From: Xanthobacteraceae bacterium
GTDB taxonomy: Bacteria; Pseudomonadota; Alphaproteobacteria; Rhizobiales; Xanthobacteraceae
Assembly (NCBI GenBank): GCA_030041005.1
Contig: JASHOR010000094.1
Location: forward strand, 3,064 to 67,063
Length of the DNA: 64,000 nucleotides
Direction of reading: 5' to 3'
Positions within the stretch are counted from its first letter, which is position 1. Every line of letters starts with the position of its first letter. Below the pieces are notes generated by a model that was not told the origin of the DNA, made no database searches, and saw only the letters and a list, made by a program, of their open reading frames with translations. Position numbers and translations under genes: made by a program. This document shows positions 59,687 to 64,000 of this stretch, piece by piece.

Positions 59687-59826
59687 TGTGGCGGTTCGGA
59701 AGTCCGCATCATTATGCGGCACCGCTCGTTTGCGAACTTCGGAATCGGGACGCTCGTGAAGCGGATTTGACATTCGCCAGCCCAAGGCCACTCGCTCATG
59801 AAGCGAACGTCAAATTCAAAAGCTCC
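59683..59826. repeat. Chimeric hairpin module (A-type left arm with B-type right arm) followed by a D-type module
   Basis: The chimeric module reads 'ctagtgtggcggttcggaagtccgcatcattatgcggcaccgctcgtttgcgaacttcggaatcgggacgctcg'. It is followed by 'tgaagcggatttgacattcgccagcccaaggccactcgctcatgaagcgaacgtcaaattcaaaagctcc'. Confidence 0.75.
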
Positions 59827-59845
59827 GGATTTTTCCGGACCGTAA

Positions 59846-59899
59846 TTAGAAACGCTGTAAAGAGGTCTTTCCTCTTTTTCTGATTAGAAAAGCTGTAAA
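59846..59899 (+). promoter_or_regulatory. Two ICE-like (Irr-type iron control element-like) boxes upstream of bfd-bfr
   Basis: The boxes are 'TTAGAAACGCTGTAAA' (59846-59861) and 'TTAGAAAAGCTGTAAA' (59884-59899), a 22-nt direct repeat 38 bp apart. They resemble the Bradyrhizobium ICE consensus TTTAGAA-N3-TTCTAAA as I recall it. Confidence 0.45.
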
Positions 59900-59981
59900 G
59901 AAGCATTTTTCTTTGCAAGCTTTCACGGTGCGGGCTAGAGATGGTCAGAGACCGTACCGAGGCGCTGTCCGGCCTGCCCGC

Positions 59982-60203
59982 ATGATTGTCTGCTCCTGTA
60001 ACGTATTCTCCGATCACGACGTGCGCGCAACGCTCGCCGCGGGCGAGACTGCGCCGCGGACGACCGGACAGGTCTATCATTGCCTCGGTTGCAGCGCCCA
60101 ATGCGGCCGCTGCGCCCGCACGATCCGCCGTATTATGAACGAGGCGTTGGCCGCCGCCGATTCGGCGCTTTGCAAGTCCGGCAATTGCAAGTCCGGCTCC
60201 TGA
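59982..60203 (+). CDS. bfd: Bacterioferritin-associated ferredoxin (2Fe-2S)
   Basis: The product reads 'MIVCSCNVFSDHDVRATL...YHCLGCSAQCGRCARTIRRIM', showing the CxC...C..C Bfd pattern. The listed ORF start at 59913 is an extension. Confidence 0.8.
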   Translation: MIVCSCNVFSDHDVRATLAAGETAPRTTGQVYHCLGCSAQCGRCARTIRRIMNEALAAADSALCKSGNCKSGS

Positions 60204-60341
60204 GTTTTCCCAGATTAAGATGGGTTTTCCTCGCCCGTGGCGCGGCGTCTTTCGCCCCGGCAAATCCTGGTTATAATAGTTCTAATCAAGCGCAACCGCC
60301 CGATATCGGGGGCTAACAGCGCGAATGCAGGAGCGCGATCA

Positions 60342-60827
60342 ATGCGTGGAGAGACCGGGGTCATCGATTATTTGAACAGGGCGCTGCGCCACGAGCTGAC
60401 GGCGATCAATCAATACTGGCTGCACTACCGGCTGCTCGACAATTGGGGCTTCAGGTCGCTGGCCAAGCAATGGCGCAAGGAATCGATCGAGGAAATGGAG
60501 CATGCCGACAAGCTGGTCGAGCGGATAATCTTTCTCGACGGCTTCCCGAACATGCAGGTGCTCGACCCGCTGCATATCGGGCAAAACGTCAAGGAGGTGC
60601 TCGACTGCGATCTCGCCGCGGAAATGTCGGCGCGCGCCCTCTATGAGGAAGCCGCCACTCATTGCCATTCGGTCCGCGACTATGTCTCGCGCGACCTGTT
60701 CGAGAAGCTGATGCACGACGAGGAGGAGCACATCGATTTTCTCGAGACCCAGCTCGATCTCGTCGCCAAGCTCGGGCTCGAACTCTACGCACAGCATCAC
60801 ATCGGCGAACTCGAAGACGAGCATTGA
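60342..60827 (+). CDS. bfr: Bacterioferritin
   Basis: The product reads '[67 protein letters not shown]...'. AGGAG lies upstream of the ATG at 60342. Confidence 0.95.
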   Translation: MRGETGVIDYLNRALRHELTAINQYWLHYRLLDNWGFRSLAKQWRKESIEEMEHADKLVERIIFLDGFPNMQVLDPLHIGQNVKEVLDCDLAAEMSARALYEEAATHCHSVRDYVSRDLFEKLMHDEEEHIDFLETQLDLVAKLGLELYAQHHIGELEDEH

Positions 60828-61083
60828 CCAAAAAAACCGCGGGCGCTTGTCCGGCTCGCGGGCCATCAATCTGAACGAAGTCTTAACGCTGCGCGGAATC
60901 GATGCGGCCGTCGAGCAAACAGCGGCGGGCGACAATCGATCTGTTTGATCGCGCGCGAGCGCAAACTGTTAGGGTTAAGCGTTAAGGTTAAGCGCCGTTT
61001 AAGAATTAGCTGCCATCCTTGCTTTCGAATTCCAACAACGACCGCGCATCCCCGCACGGCCGTTTCGAGGAAAGGACGGAGCT

Positions 61084-61944
61084 ATGGTCAGCGTTAAATC
61101 CCTCTTCTGCGCCGGCGCGGCGATCCTGGTCTCAACCGCAGCATACGCCGCCGACCTCGGTGCACCGCCGCCGGCAGTTCCCTATCAGTATCAGCCGGTT
61201 GCTGTCCCGGCGGAACAAAGCGGCTGGTACCTGCGCGGCGACGTCGGCGTCGGCGCCCAGAGCTTCTCGCAATTCGATCTGGGTCCCGCAAACGAAGTGC
61301 CGGCGACCTGGACCGTCAATCAGAGCGACATTCAAGACACCACCCTCCTGGGGTTCGGCGTCGGCTACGACTTCAACAGCTGGCTGCGGTTCGATGTCAC
61401 CGGCGAATATCGCACGGCGGCGCTGTTCAAGGCGCTCGGCAGCTACAATCAAGGAACCTGCGATGTCGGCGGAGTGACCGGCACGTGCTTCGATAATTAC
61501 AGCGGCAATTTCTCCGCCGCCGTGTTCATGGCCAACGCATATCTCGATCTCGGGACGTGGTGGTGCCTCACGCCTTATGTCGGTGCCGGCGTCGGCACTG
61601 CTTACGAGCGCATCACCGGGGTGCAGGACATCGGCCCGCTTCCTCCCGGAACGATCGGCTTTGGCTACACGAATTCCGACTCGTCGAATTGGAATTTGGC
61701 CTGGAACGTTCAGGCGGGCCTCACTTATAATGTCTCCGACAATCTCAAGATCGACTTCAGCTGGCGCTATCTGAATATGGGCTCGCCGCAATCGGCCAAC
61801 ATCTACTGCCAGAACACCACGACCACGGGCCCCTGCAACTCGTTCAATCTGAAAGACCTGTCGTCCCAGGACTTCCGCATCGGCCTGCGCTGGATGCTGT
61901 CGCCTGAACCGGTCATGCCGCCGCCGATCAGCACGCGCGGCTAG
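61084..61944 (+). CDS. Outer-membrane beta-barrel protein (Omp25/RopB-like porin family)
   Basis: The signal peptide is 'MVSVKSLFCAGAAILVSTAAYAA'. The product also contains 'GWYLRGDVGVG' and alternating beta-strand patterns. Confidence 0.8.
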   Translation: MVSVKSLFCAGAAILVSTAAYAADLGAPPPAVPYQYQPVAVPAEQSGWYLRGDVGVGAQSFSQFDLGPANEVPATWTVNQSDIQDTTLLGFGVGYDFNSWLRFDVTGEYRTAALFKALGSYNQGTCDVGGVTGTCFDNYSGNFSAAVFMANAYLDLGTWWCLTPYVGAGVGTAYERITGVQDIGPLPPGTIGFGYTNSDSSNWNLAWNVQAGLTYNVSDNLKIDFSWRYLNMGSPQSANIYCQNTTTTGPCNSFNLKDLSSQDFRIGLRWMLSPEPVMPPPISTRG

Positions 61945-61970
61945 CACAGGATCGCGGCGATCCAGATACG

Positions 61971-62002
61971 GACGGCGCGGGAAACCGCGCCGTCTTCGTT
62001 TT
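61971..62002 (+). terminator. Rho-independent terminator after the first OMP gene
   Basis: A perfect 10-bp stem 'gacggcgcgg' / 'ccgcgccgtc' with a GAAA loop is followed by 'ttcgtttt'. Confidence 0.8.
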
Positions 62003-62115
62003 ACGGGTCCCGCACGCGGGCCGAACGCGCCGAGCCGGACGCGCCGAGCTAACGCTCCATTAAGGTTAATCGGAGATGATCGCCTGCAATTGGCCGCTGG
62101 ACAGTGGAGTAAGAC

Positions 62116-62946
62116 ATGAAAGGCCGGCAGGTGCGTTGGGGAATTTGTGCGCTGGTCTTTCTCGGATTGACTTCGCACGCCTGGGCGCAGGACTTCGACT
62201 TCTTGCGCGGTTCGGAACCCGTCGGACTCGCCAGCTACACCAATTGGAGCGGGTTCTATTTGGGCGGCCAGTGGGGCTACAGCGATGTCAGCGGTGATTT
62301 CAGCAAGTCCACGCAGGGGCCGCTCGCCTATGTCCTGCGCGATACGGCGCTGGAGGAGACCAGCGATCCATCAAATCTTCCGGTCCTCGGCACTGCCGAT
62401 AGCAGCGGCCCCAGCTACGGCGGCTTCATCGGCTATAACAGCCAATGGCAGAACCTGATTCTCGGCGTCGAGGCCAATTTCCAGCACACGACCGTTTCTC
62501 TGAACCCGCCAAACACCCCGATTGTGCGCAGCGGCGAGTCCGATGGCCAGGGCAATACCTACACGGTCGCCCTCAGCGCCAGCGGCAGCATGACGGATCT
62601 CAATTATGTCGCGCTGCGCGGGCGGGCCGGCCTGATCCTGGGCAATTTCCTGCCCTACGGCTACATCGGCGCGGTGCTCGGCGTCGCCAATGTCAATGTG
62701 ACCGCAACGATGCAGGGAGTCTGCCAGACGGGTTCGACCGCGTCGTGCTCCCCCTTCTCATTCATGGCAACCGGGGGCGAGAATTCGGCTCTTCTCTATG
62801 GCGGCACAGTGGGCGCCGGACTGGACTATGCTCTCACTCAGAATGTGTTTCTCCGCGGCGAATACGAGTACACGCTGTTTGCTCCGTTTGCGAACGTGAC
62901 ACTCGCCGTCTCCAGCATCAGGGTCGGCGCCGGATTGAAATTCTGA
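62116..62946 (+). CDS. Outer-membrane beta-barrel protein (paralogous family to 61084)
   Basis: The signal peptide is 'MKGRQVRWGICALVFLGLTSHAWA'. The product also contains 'WSGFYLGGQWGYS' and the C-terminal 'FLRGEYEYTLF...IRVGAGLKF', ending in Phe. Confidence 0.8.
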   Translation: MKGRQVRWGICALVFLGLTSHAWAQDFDFLRGSEPVGLASYTNWSGFYLGGQWGYSDVSGDFSKSTQGPLAYVLRDTALEETSDPSNLPVLGTADSSGPSYGGFIGYNSQWQNLILGVEANFQHTTVSLNPPNTPIVRSGESDGQGNTYTVALSASGSMTDLNYVALRGRAGLILGNFLPYGYIGAVLGVANVNVTATMQGVCQTGSTASCSPFSFMATGGENSALLYGGTVGAGLDYALTQNVFLRGEYEYTLFAPFANVTLAVSSIRVGAGLKF

Positions 62947-63161
62947 GAACGCGCTTTCGGCGAACGCCGTGCGGCATGCGACTGCAAGAGCGAAGACGCG
63001 GCGCGGGTGACGCGCGGATGGTTTGACTGCTGTTGTCCCGGTCGTTCCGTCATCGCCTGACCGTCCGCAGTGATTTGTCTTGACGTTTGACGCTGTCTCA
63101 CTTATTTGCGCTCTCGGGAAACCCCTCCCCAACGAGGGGCGCCTATCTGGAAGGATAGATC

Positions 63162-64000
<839 letters not shown>

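Overview
This is a high-GC (about 62-64% by eye) alphaproteobacterial chromosome segment. The BA14K and DUF3551-like small secreted proteins and the 'cgtcattgcgag' nested palindromes suggest a Bradyrhizobium/Nitrobacter-type family, but that is inference only. I recognised no rRNA, tRNA, CRISPR array, transposase or integrase.

Layout:
(1) 1-5.3 kb is an accessory patch: a partial DHA2 MFS pump, a formyltransferase-like gene, small secreted repeat proteins and a truncated HlyD remnant.
(2) 5.5-23.8 kb is a 13-gene co-directional block. It holds the complete oxidative and non-oxidative pentose-phosphate pathway (tal, pgi, gnd, tkt, zwf, pgl, rpe, rpiA). Two alpha-glucan/trehalose-type glycoside hydrolases bracket it. 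It also contains two HAD phosphatases, a stand-alone DUF2090 aldolase-like gene and two gluconokinase-domain fusions (RpiA-GntK, and a degenerate GntK-like domain fused to GH15).
(3) 24-48.7 kb is a mixed accessory region: two MFS transporters, a wHTH-NTPase-TPR STAND regulator next to a roughly 1 kb low-GC gene-poor patch full of phased short repeats, a TPP enzyme, a Tat-exported PaoABC-like molybdoenzyme operon with a Tat alpha/beta hydrolase, a sensor-less HisKA_2 kinase, NDH-2, a PrsW-like protease, an AraC regulator and many small signal-peptide ORFs.
(4) 49-64 kb is housekeeping: ychF-pth-rplY, ubiK, lgt, a MidA-like methyltransferase, pgeF, prs, ybjN-like, proC, a TetR regulator, bfd-bfr, two beta-barrel OMPs and serC (partial).

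Signals not explained by ordinary annotation:
(a) A superfamily of about 70-85 bp imperfect hairpin modules bounded by CTAG occurs at least 10 times. Their terminal TAG supplies the stop codon of four genes, and one pair sits inside the pentose-phosphate operon.
(b) A conserved 'CTTTTGGAAAATTGCGCAAAA' element lies 80-165 nt upstream of several small secreted-protein genes, two of which belong to a small His/Tyr-rich paralogous family with three members in this window.
(c) Helically phased short-repeat arrays occur at 28661-28719 (10 bp period) and 31528-31560 (9 bp period).
(d) The two kinase fusions.

All functional calls come from reading the translations by eye. No database search was run.
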